Positions 49,665 to 57,776 of a DNA stretch of 64,000 nt are shown piece by piece. A model generated the notes under the pieces. The model did not search any database. It was given only the letters and a program-made list of their open reading frames with translations, and was not told where the DNA came from. The number at the start of each line of letters is the position of its first letter. The stretch's first letter is position 1. The DNA lies in assembly GCA_947601445.1 (NCBI GenBank), contig CANQGD010000001.1, positions 130,417 to 194,416 of the forward strand. Reading direction: 5' to 3'. The DNA comes from an uncultured Clostridia bacterium. GTDB lineage: Bacteria > Bacillota > Clostridia > Christensenellales > CAG-314. A program made the translations under genes and the position numbers.

Positions 49665-50391
49665 GGAAAATTAACCCCCAAAACAGTTGAAATCCAATAT
49701 CGATTTTGTTTCCCAGCCAACCTATATATAGATTGAGCGGAGAATAATTGCTTACAATCGGGATATAGTCCAAAACGATAAATCCCAACAAAATGTAAAA
49801 GCTGTATTTGCGCAAAAATGTCATAAATTTATTGCGTTCATCCACAAAGCAACTCAGCAATCTATATCCGTCCAACGGATACAACGGCAAAATGTTAAAC
49901 AATGCAAAATTCACGTTCAGTTGCATTGCCAATACACACAGCGCAAACAAAAAGTATACAAAGTAATACATAGAAGTCGCTGTTTGTAACGTAAGCAGCA
50001 AATTACCGAACAGTACAACGCCCATGGCAAAAAGAAATGCCAATAAAAGGTTCGTCACTACACCGGCAACCGAAACGGTAATACAGCCCAATTTGCGATG
50101 CTTGAAATTGTTTGGATTTATCGGCACGGGTTTTGCCCAACCGAAACCCACAAGTATCATCATTATCAATCCGATCCAGTCGAAATGCCTGACGGGATTC
50201 AAGCTGAGCCTGCCGTACATTTTGGCGGTTCGATCACCGTTCCACAACGCGACCAAACCGTGAGCGATTTCATGCAATATCAACGCCGAAAGCAATGCAA
50301 CCGTAAAAGCAACGACATTAAGTAAACCCTCGCGAGAGAAACCCGTTTGTCCGCTAATCAGATTGTTTTGCAATAGCCTAAAAATATACAT
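49657..50391 (-). CDS. Site-2 protease family (M50) membrane metalloprotease
   Basis: HEIAHGLVA zinc motif, NILPLYPLDGYR second motif, multiple TM helices. Confidence 0.8.
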   Translation of the reverse strand: MYIFRLLQNNLISGQTGFSREGLLNVVAFTVALLSALILHEIAHGLVALWNGDRTAKMYGRLSLNPVRHFDWIGLIMMILVGFGWAKPVPINPNNFKHRKLGCITVSVAGVVTNLLLAFLFAMGVVLFGNLLLTLQTATSMYYFVYFLFALCVLAMQLNVNFALFNILPLYPLDGYRLLSCFVDERNKFMTFLRKYSFYILLGFIVLDYIPIVSNYSPLNLYIGWLGNKIDIGFQLFWGLIFRG

Positions 50392-50610
50392 AAAAATATT
50401 TTATCAAATTACGCCGATAAAGTCAATATTATGCGTTATATTTACCCGAAAGAGTTTGATAGAATTTGTTAATTAAAAGAAATTATCGACAGTCAAAAAA
50501 TTTTATTCAGACAAAAATTGTACTCAAACGACTCGTTAAATTAAGCACATCTTTATACTTGTTCTTTTTAGTTGATAAAGCTTATTTTCAAAATAATTAT
50601 CAATTAGTGA

Positions 50611-50645
50611 CAAAGCAAAACAGCGATCGAATTTCAATCGCTGTT
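50611..50645 (-). terminator. Terminator after the D-Ala-D-Ala carboxypeptidase gene
   Basis: Minus strand: AACAGCGAT...ATCGCTGTT 9-bp stem followed by TTGCTTTG. Confidence 0.55.
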
Positions 50646-50657
50646 TGCCCGTTCCGA

Positions 50658-51800
50658 CTAATGTTCACATACTATGTCTTTTACATAGTCCCAATAAGTC
50701 TTTGCTTCCACGTCCGTCTTTGCTACAAGATTGACTTCCGAAACAACACCGCCTTCTTTATCCAATAAAACGGCGTTTCCCAAACAATCGCCTGATTTAA
50801 CGGGCGCTTTTACATATTCCGGCAAATTGACTTTTACGTTAAAATCCACGCCGCCCTTTTTGCCGAAAGCAAGCAGTTTTCCTTCGGCTTGCACCTCTAC
50901 ACTTTTTTCTTTTCCGCCTTGAACGGCAATTTTGTCAAGTGAAGAATTTCTATCCAAATAAACTTTACTTTCATAGTTGGCAAACGCATAGTTAAACATA
51001 TCGCTTACTTCTTTGAAACGCGTCTTGCTGTCCGATGCGCCGACTACAACGGCTATAACACGGGTTTCTCCGCGTTTTGCCGTAGCTGCAAGACAATGCT
51101 GCGCTTCGCTTGTATATCCCGTTTTTCCTCCGTCGCACCCGTCGTAAAATCTGATCAACTTGTTTGTGTTTGTCATGCCGGTAATGCGTCCTGACGGATG
51201 AACAAAATCTTCCATCCAAACGTTCGCGCAGGTGAAATAATGCGGATGTTTTATAAGCTCGGAAAGCATAATGCCTACGTCTTTTGCACAAGAATATTGA
51301 CTAACCGCAGGCAGCCCCGTACAATTTTCAAAATGAGTCGCTGCAAGTCCCAGAGATTTTGCTTTGCTGTTCATCGCGTCAACAAAAGCTTCGACGCTGC
51401 CGCTCAAATATTCGGCTACTGCAACGCAACTGTCATTTGCCGAACAAACAACAATTGATTTTATCAGATTATTCAATTTGTACGTGGCGTTTGCGTCTAA
51501 AAATACCTGAGAGCCGCCCATAGACGCGGCGCGTTGACTTGCCACCACGTCATCGTCAAGCGACGCTTTGCCGCTGTCGATTGCGTCATAAGTACACAAA
51601 AGCGTCATAATCTTTGTCATACTTGCTATCGGACGTTTCTCCGTAGCATTGTGTTCAAATAATACTCGCCCGTCTTCCGACATCAAAACCGCTTCTTTTG
51701 CGGAAATTTGCAATCCCGATGTTTCGGCGCAAGCTGTCATCGGTACGATAGCCGCTATCAGTAAAGATAATGCAAATAAAACTACAAGAAATTTTTTCAT
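50658..51800 (-). CDS. D-alanyl-D-alanine carboxypeptidase (S11, DacB/DacF-like)
   Basis: Signal peptide. SMTK (SxxK), SAND (SxN), KTGYT (KTG). Confidence 0.88.
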   Translation of the reverse strand: MKKFLVVLFALSLLIAAIVPMTACAETSGLQISAKEAVLMSEDGRVLFEHNATEKRPIASMTKIMTLLCTYDAIDSGKASLDDDVVASQRAASMGGSQVFLDANATYKLNNLIKSIVVCSANDSCVAVAEYLSGSVEAFVDAMNSKAKSLGLAATHFENCTGLPAVSQYSCAKDVGIMLSELIKHPHYFTCANVWMEDFVHPSGRITGMTNTNKLIRFYDGCDGGKTGYTSEAQHCLAATAKRGETRVIAVVVGASDSKTRFKEVSDMFNYAFANYESKVYLDRNSSLDKIAVQGGKEKSVEVQAEGKLLAFGKKGGVDFNVKVNLPEYVKAPVKSGDCLGNAVLLDKEGGVVSEVNLVAKTDVEAKTYWDYVKDIVCEH

Positions 51801-51881
51801 GTTTATCTCCTCTGTCGTTTGCAGTTAGTATTTGCATAATACTCGCTATTATTCTCGGTTTGCAAAGAGTTGCTTTTGTTT

Positions 51882-52157
51882 TCAACCGTTTATTCTATCC
51901 GCAAAACTTTGAGAGGGTTTGAAAACTACTACTTTTTTTGCCGGGATAGTAATATATTTTTTTGTTTGGGGATTAACGCCCTTTCGTTCGGGACGTTTTT
52001 TTATTCTGAAAGTTCCTATTCCCGTCAAACAAACTTCTTCACCCTTTTTCAGCTGTTCTTCGATACCTTTCCAAAATGCGTCGAAAAACTTGCCCGTATA
52101 TTTCACCGTTGATCCTGTTTTATCGGTAACATATTCGATAAATTCGCTTTTTTTCAT
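51882..52157 (-). CDS. hup: HU-family DNA-binding protein
   Basis: Start set at MKKSEFIEYV (AGGAGA RBS). GIGTFRIKKRPERKGVNPQTKKYITIPAKKVVVFKPS is the HU beta-arm signature. Confidence 0.87.
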   Translation of the reverse strand: MKKSEFIEYVTDKTGSTVKYTGKFFDAFWKGIEEQLKKGEEVCLTGIGTFRIKKRPERKGVNPQTKKYITIPAKKVVVFKPSQSFADRING

Positions 52158-52457
52158 ATAATCGTCTCCTTTTTGCCGTTTTGAAAAGTGTAGACTTTGT
52201 ATAGACAAAAAATACCTCCTGTTTATTAAATTATAAACCTTTATATAGTTTTTTTCGGTACGCGCTTACTTTCTCCGCCGAGCATAACTATTGCGCGCTA
52301 CTGTCATAACGATTTATAAATCGAGTTGCTATTGAGTGTAAAAACGCCAAACTTCGATAAAATCGCGACAATGTTCACTCCGCAAAGAAAAAGGCACGAA
52401 ATCGCACCTTTACAATTATGAGATGATTGCGTGCCTTGGAATAATTATGATAAAAGC

Positions 52458-53876
52458 TCAACTTTCGGCGGAAATATCTTTTTCGTCTATCATTCTTTTT
52501 TCTTCCAAACAAAGTTTTTTCCAAATCCATATCATGACGGGAAGGGTAATTAGGATCGCTGCCGCGTCTGCAATTGGAGCCGCCCACGCAACGCCCATAA
52601 CGCCGAGACCGAGGGGAACGAGAAATGCGGACAAAATCAATAGAATATCTCGAAGAAATGCGAGCGGCGCGGCAAGTTTTGCATATCCGATTGATTGCAT
52701 AAAGATAGAACATACCTTTTGCAGACAGGTAAACACGATAAACATCAGATAGATACGCAAGCAGGGAATTGCAAATTGCATATATAGCTCGGTATCGAGT
52801 CCTTCCGCACCTCCGCCGGCACCGAACATGGAGATAAATATTCGAGGAAATGCTTCGAACAATACAGTAAATAACAAACAAATTCCCGCTGTCCACAAAA
52901 GGATTAGTTTTAAGAGCTGTTTTACACGTTTGTATTGCTTTGCTCCGTAATTATAACCTACAATCGGCTGTGCGCCCGCCGCTATTCCGAACGCAACATT
53001 GAGAACGATCTGGAACAACTTCATTATTACGACGAACGCCGCAAGAGGAATATCTGCCCCAAACGTGCTGCTCATGCCGTAGCGAACAAACTGGACGTTA
53101 TTGACAATCGTCGTAGCGACAATGCACAACTGCGTAAGAAAGCTTGACGCGCCGAGCGTCATAATTTTCGTCAAAATCTTGAAGTCGGGAATGAAACTTT
53201 TCCATTTGATTTTGAAAGTTTTACTACGCATAAGATAGCAAGCGCAAATGACAAAGCTGACAAACTGTCCGATAATGGTCGCGTAAGCCGCACCTTTGAT
53301 ACCGAGATCAAGCGCGTATATTGCCACAGGGTCGCCGATAATATTCAGTACTGCACCCACAATCATGGCAAACATGGCATATCCCGGTGCGCCGTCCGCG
53401 CGGATAATTGCCGCAAGACAGTTTTGCACAAGCGCAAGCGGCATCATTGCATATATAATAACGCCGTAATCATGCGCAAGGGAAATATTTGCATCCGTTC
53501 CGCCGAGAAGCATCAAAAGGTTGTCTCCCCAAAGATATGCAATGAGAATAACAATACAACCGGATAAAAAAGAGGCAAGAACAGCGTTTCCGACTCCGCG
53601 GTGAATTTTATCGCTTTTCCCCTCTCCCAAGGAAACGGAGAGCCATGCCGCCGCACCGTCTCCGAAAAACAGAGAAAAACCCCAACCGACAACCGTTATG
53701 GGGAATATAACTCCCGTTGCGGCATTCCCCAAGTATCCTACTTTGCTGTTTCCGACAAATATCTGATCTACAATGTTGTACAGACAAGAAATTATTAGGG
53801 AAAAGATACACGGAACGGCAAACTTCACAAGAAGCTTACCGACTTTTTCTTTACCGAGATAATCGTTTTTATTCAT
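52458..53876 (-). CDS. MATE-family efflux transporter
   Basis: Start set at MNKNDYLGKEKVGKLLVKFAVPCIFSLIISCLYNIVDQIFVG (GGAGG RBS). 12-TM MATE organisation. Confidence 0.88.
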   Translation of the reverse strand: MNKNDYLGKEKVGKLLVKFAVPCIFSLIISCLYNIVDQIFVGNSKVGYLGNAATGVIFPITVVGWGFSLFFGDGAAAWLSVSLGEGKSDKIHRGVGNAVLASFLSGCIVILIAYLWGDNLLMLLGGTDANISLAHDYGVIIYAMMPLALVQNCLAAIIRADGAPGYAMFAMIVGAVLNIIGDPVAIYALDLGIKGAAYATIIGQFVSFVICACYLMRSKTFKIKWKSFIPDFKILTKIMTLGASSFLTQLCIVATTIVNNVQFVRYGMSSTFGADIPLAAFVVIMKLFQIVLNVAFGIAAGAQPIVGYNYGAKQYKRVKQLLKLILLWTAGICLLFTVLFEAFPRIFISMFGAGGGAEGLDTELYMQFAIPCLRIYLMFIVFTCLQKVCSIFMQSIGYAKLAAPLAFLRDILLILSAFLVPLGLGVMGVAWAAPIADAAAILITLPVMIWIWKKLCLEEKRMIDEKDISAES

Positions 53877-54016
53877 AAAAACCTCCAAGAAGAGCAAAAC
53901 GGCGCGAGTTTGCCCGTGCCGTAAAAAAAGACACCTGCAACCGCTTCCGTACCGTAATCAGATTTACGCGCGGATAGCGCCACATGTGTCGTTAAGCTCT
54001 ATTAAATTGTAATTAT

Positions 54017-54044
54017 ATTATATCAAAAAAACCTTAAATGTCAA
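54017..54044 (-). promoter_or_regulatory. Strong sigma-A-type promoter upstream of the MATE gene leader
   Basis: Minus strand: TTGACA (54044-54039), 16-nt spacer ending in TGA, TATAAT (54022-54017). This is an extended -10. Confidence 0.6.
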
Positions 54045-54201
54045 GCAAAATTCAAAACGGGAGATATAAATCACGTTTTTGAAATCTATTTGTACATAAA
54101 CGCTCTTTATAAATTTTTGTTTTTACTTGAAGCAAATTATTTAAGTTTTTCGTGCAAAATTTTGCTGCTGTAATTTAAACTTTCTAACGTACTGCGCAAA
54201 A

Positions 54202-55350
54202 TTATCTTGTTATTTTTTCCCATACGGATTTGGTGCCGCCACCAATACCGAGTTGATCTCTGATTGTATCGCAAATTACGTCAAATCCTTTGAGCGTGCC
54301 GAGATCTGTGGGAACAATATCACAACCGTAAATCAACAAAGGCGTATATTCACGCGTATGATCTGTGTGAGCCTTGTGTGTGGGATCGCAGCCATGATCT
54401 CCAGTGATGTACACTACGTCGTCATGGTGCATAACTTTGATAAGCTCGGATACTTTTCCGTCTATTTCTTCCAAAGCCTCGGCGTATCCGAATACATCTC
54501 TGCGATGACCGTACTTCATATCCGTATCCACAAGATTGACAAACACCAAGCCGTCAAAACGTTCTTTGGCGATTTCTATTGTTTTATTGAGACCGTCAAG
54601 ATTGCTTTCGGTATGCAGACTGCGGGTAATGCCCTGTCCGTTGAATATGTATTCTATTTTACCGACGGCAACGCTTTCCATTCCCGCGTCTTTTACAAAA
54701 TCGAGTATGGTTTTAGCAGGTGGATTCAACGAAAAATCTTTTCTTTCCGATGTACGCGTAAATGGATATGCACCTGTAAATGGACGTGCTATGACGCGTC
54801 CGACAGCATATTTGCCGCTACAAAGCCGACGCGCTTTCTCGCACATTTCGTAGAGTTCTTCAATTGTATACTTATCCATGTGTACGGCAATTTGCAGTAC
54901 GCTATCCGCGGAGGTATAAACAATGGGATATCCCGTTTGCAAATGTTCTTCACCGTAATCTTTTATTACCTCCGTGCCGCTATACGGTTTATTGCACAGC
55001 ACCTTTGTGCCCAATTCTTTTTCCAATTTTGCAATAAAACTATGCGGAAATCCGTCCGGAAACGTCGGCATTGGCTCGTTGGTTATTATACCGCCCATTT
55101 CCCAATGTCCCACCGTTGTGTCTTTCCCTTTTGACAACTCTTCAAGCCTTCCGTAGGCTCCTATCGGCTGACGATCGTCATTGTAAGTACCTTCGATATT
55201 GTACAAACCCAAATCGGCCAAAACAGGTAAATTCAAATCATAGGCAGCTCGGATATTTTTGAGGGTATTGGCTCCGAAATCATTAAATTTTTTACAATCG
55301 GGCATAGCGCCGATACCAAAGCCGTCGATAACAAGAATAAATGCTCTCAT
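54202..55350 (-). CDS. deoB: Phosphopentomutase
   Basis: 382 aa. MRAFILVIDGFGIGAMPD, GHWEMGG, DHGCDPT metal-binding motifs. Confidence 0.93.
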   Translation of the reverse strand: MRAFILVIDGFGIGAMPDCKKFNDFGANTLKNIRAAYDLNLPVLADLGLYNIEGTYNDDRQPIGAYGRLEELSKGKDTTVGHWEMGGIITNEPMPTFPDGFPHSFIAKLEKELGTKVLCNKPYSGTEVIKDYGEEHLQTGYPIVYTSADSVLQIAVHMDKYTIEELYEMCEKARRLCSGKYAVGRVIARPFTGAYPFTRTSERKDFSLNPPAKTILDFVKDAGMESVAVGKIEYIFNGQGITRSLHTESNLDGLNKTIEIAKERFDGLVFVNLVDTDMKYGHRRDVFGYAEALEEIDGKVSELIKVMHHDDVVYITGDHGCDPTHKAHTDHTREYTPLLIYGCDIVPTDLGTLKGFDVICDTIRDQLGIGGGTKSVWEKITR

Positions 55351-55400
55351 ATTTTTCTCCTTCTGTAAATTAGTATATCAAAATTTTTGCCTTTAATCAA

Positions 55401-55976
55401 TCAAATGACGGCAGTTAACAGGCGTAATATCACAAAAAAAGTCAGAATTTTTATAAGTAGCGACGCAAGTAAAATTGCAAGTGACTGTTTTGTATCGCAA
55501 ATTGCTTCTTTGAACGTTCTGCATGCGGCAGGCAAACAACAACACGCAATACAAGCCAACCAATAACCCACCGCCTCTGCCAAACTGACGAGCAATGCAA
55601 AGAGAATGCCCCACATCGACCAACATATTACTGCGGCGGCTGTATTTGCCCCCACATAGAAACATGCCGCAAACAGCACAGCACAGCTAAAATATTTGAA
55701 ACGCGGCACAATTTGGCAACAAACAATACAAAGGTAGAACACCGTCGTCCAAAGCAAAAAGGAAAAAAACAGTCCGAATCCACCCTCAAACAAAGAGTAT
55801 GCGTAATTACAGCGATTTTCGTACCACCAACTGTAACTGAACACATTTACAAATACCGCGCCTACAACTAACCCGGCAATGGCTGCAACGGCACATACAA
55901 TAGACTTCCATTTGTTTACGCATATTTTTTGCAGTAAATCTTCGACAGAAAATTTTATTTTAGTGAAAATTCTCAT
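55401..55976 (-). CDS. Polytopic membrane protein (possibly SpoIIM-like by position next to deoB)
   Basis: Start set at MRIFTKIKF. About 5 hydrophobic helices and Cys-rich. The first TM (AAIAGLVVGAVFVN) loosely recalls SpoIIM. The call is weak. Confidence 0.4.
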   Translation of the reverse strand: MRIFTKIKFSVEDLLQKICVNKWKSIVCAVAAIAGLVVGAVFVNVFSYSWWYENRCNYAYSLFEGGFGLFFSFLLWTTVFYLCIVCCQIVPRFKYFSCAVLFAACFYVGANTAAAVICWSMWGILFALLVSLAEAVGYWLACIACCCLPAACRTFKEAICDTKQSLAILLASLLIKILTFFVILRLLTAVI

Positions 55977-56052
55977 ACAAATTATTATGAAATAAATTGT
56001 CCGTTTATGCAAAATAAAGTAAAACAATGTCTCAAAGCATTTTTACAAAACG

Positions 56053-56075
56053 AAAGGGCGACTTTTTCGCCCTTT
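56053..56075. terminator. Bidirectional terminator at the inner edge of the accessory island
   Basis: AAAGGGCGA-CTTTT-TCGCCCTTT, with T/A runs on both sides. Confidence 0.55.
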
Positions 56076-56095
56076 TGTATCGAAGATTAATAAGT

Positions 56096-56188
56096 CAACA
56101 TCCACTTGGCGTACATGCCGTAGCCGCGCGTCGGATCGTTGACAAACACGTGAGTAACTGTCAATAAGTTATAAACAAATTAAAAAAA
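56096..56188 (-). pseudogene. Short higher-GC coding remnant (30 codons, no start)
   Basis: Minus-strand frame between two TAA codons reads FVYNLLTVTHVFVNDPTRGYGMYAKWMLTY*. Local GC is visibly above the surrounding AT-rich DNA. Confidence 0.3.
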
Positions 56189-56402
56189 TATTAAAATGTG
56201 GCCAAACGACTTATGAGTCGTATCAACGCTAATGCAAAACCAGACTCATACTATTATATCACAGCAGTACGAAATTATATTCCCCTTCGGACATCATCAC
56301 CACCATAAGTATCACATATTTCTGGGATTTCATAAACACCGAAAGGTCATATACTCTTGTAGGCGCTATTTTGTACGTCAAAATAGCGCATTTTACGAAA
56401 CC

Positions 56403-57542
56403 TTATTTTTTCGTATCTAATATTTTTTGTACGCGCGTTTGAACGAATGCCTCGATGATTTTCAAACGGTAGACAGGTAAATTATACTTAGGATGCTTCT
56501 CAAACTTGAAGTTAATCAGTTTGCGCAGCTGCTCCCTTTGCCTATCCGATAAAAATTCGTTGACCAATGCATCATAAGATACACCTTCAAAAGCCGGCGT
56601 GCGAGTCTGCGCGTACTTGTCTATTTCCAGCAAATCCTCTTCCATCGCATAGTTGAACAACGACAAGCCGTTATCAAAGATCGGAGCCAATCCTATCGGC
56701 TTGTTTGTTGCGTTATCGACTAACAAACCGAAATTTCCGAAATGCCTATCGGTATTGCAGATAAGAGCGTCGAAGATCATCATATCGGCGAAGCTATCGT
56801 AAAAACTTTCGCCAAGAGATTTCAAATACTCCACCGTTTTCGTCAATGTGCAATTCGGTAAAAATCTGTGGATCGGAACATACGATGTGTTTATGTCCGT
56901 AAATAACTCGCAAGTAGAACATAGTTGTCTTTTCCATTTGGACAGACCGTATGCGACGTGCTTGATCCCCATTCTTTCGGCAATTTGCGCGGCGTAAAAT
57001 TCGGAATATGGTTCGTTGCCTGCATTAGCAGCGCCCGATGTTCCACCCTTGTAAAGATAAATTTTTTTGTTTAGCCTACGCCAGCATTTTCTCAGCGTGC
57101 CGTTCGTGGTATATTCCGGCGATGAAGTAAAACCCTTGCGAGTATTGCTGCCATAGCCTGTATATGCTATCAACGCCAGCGTGCGAGCAAAACTGTTTTC
57201 GTAAAGGTTGTAGTCCGCAAATTTGCCTGCGAACCCCTCCTCGACAATCCAATAGCTGTCGTTAAGAGAAAGCCCTTTACTCAATCTTATAATTCCAAGC
57301 GTATCGTTCGCGGAAAGTCCACTCTTCGAGAGAATCTGATCGACGAACTCTCTGTTTTTTGGTATTACACGCGAGGACAACCATTTTGCAAGGCCATCGG
57401 GGGTGGGCGTTAACCCAATCGGCAACAAATGTTTCAACTCATCGTTTATCCAGTCAATATTGTAAACAATCTCCCCCAAACTTGTTCTGTCCATATAGAA
57501 CCTTAATAGATTGTTATCATATTGTTTGAGTTCAAAAACCAT
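56403..57542 (-). CDS. HipA-like serine/threonine kinase family protein (no adjacent antitoxin gene seen)
   Basis: 379 aa. The catalytic-loop region MIFDALICNTDRHFGNFGLLVD...APIFDNG matches the HipA C-terminal kinase motif (..GN.D.H..N...). AAGGAGG RBS. Confidence 0.72.
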   Translation of the reverse strand: MVFELKQYDNNLLRFYMDRTSLGEIVYNIDWINDELKHLLPIGLTPTPDGLAKWLSSRVIPKNREFVDQILSKSGLSANDTLGIIRLSKGLSLNDSYWIVEEGFAGKFADYNLYENSFARTLALIAYTGYGSNTRKGFTSSPEYTTNGTLRKCWRRLNKKIYLYKGGTSGAANAGNEPYSEFYAAQIAERMGIKHVAYGLSKWKRQLCSTCELFTDINTSYVPIHRFLPNCTLTKTVEYLKSLGESFYDSFADMMIFDALICNTDRHFGNFGLLVDNATNKPIGLAPIFDNGLSLFNYAMEEDLLEIDKYAQTRTPAFEGVSYDALVNEFLSDRQREQLRKLINFKFEKHPKYNLPVYRLKIIEAFVQTRVQKILDTKK

Positions 57543-57577
57543 TGAATGCCTCCTTGTTAAAATGGAACCTTGTAGTA

Positions 57578-57606
57578 ATTATAGCATGTATAGCAGAAAA
57601 TTTCAA
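57578..57606 (-). promoter_or_regulatory. Near-consensus sigma-A promoter of the HipA-like gene
   Basis: Minus strand: TTGAAA (57606-57601), 17-nt spacer, TATAAT (57583-57578). Confidence 0.6.
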
Positions 57607-57695
57607 CTGCTCATAAGATTAATTTGATCCGTCGTCTGTTTGGCGTTTCTAATACGCAATTCTTGGAAAAATAATTTGAATTTGTGTTGTAAACT

Positions 57696-57727
57696 AAGGA
57701 AAAAGTGCCTATACGAAATAGACACTT
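57696..57727 (-). terminator. Rho-independent terminator after the KAP NTPase gene
   Basis: Minus strand: AAGTGTCTAT-TTCGT-ATAGGCACTT (one G-U pair), followed by TTTTCC. Confidence 0.6.
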
Positions 57728-57776
57728 AATACTCTGATAAGAACGATAAAATTTAACTTCAGCTTTTTTATATTTT

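Noticed and set aside
53940-53975. Two ACGG tetranucleotides (UUACGGUACGGAA) in the MATE leader, reminiscent of guanidine-II (mini-ykkC) ACGR loops.
   Set aside because: They are adjacent rather than presented as tetraloops on two separate C-G-closed hairpins. The surrounding sequence does not fold into the mini-ykkC architecture.
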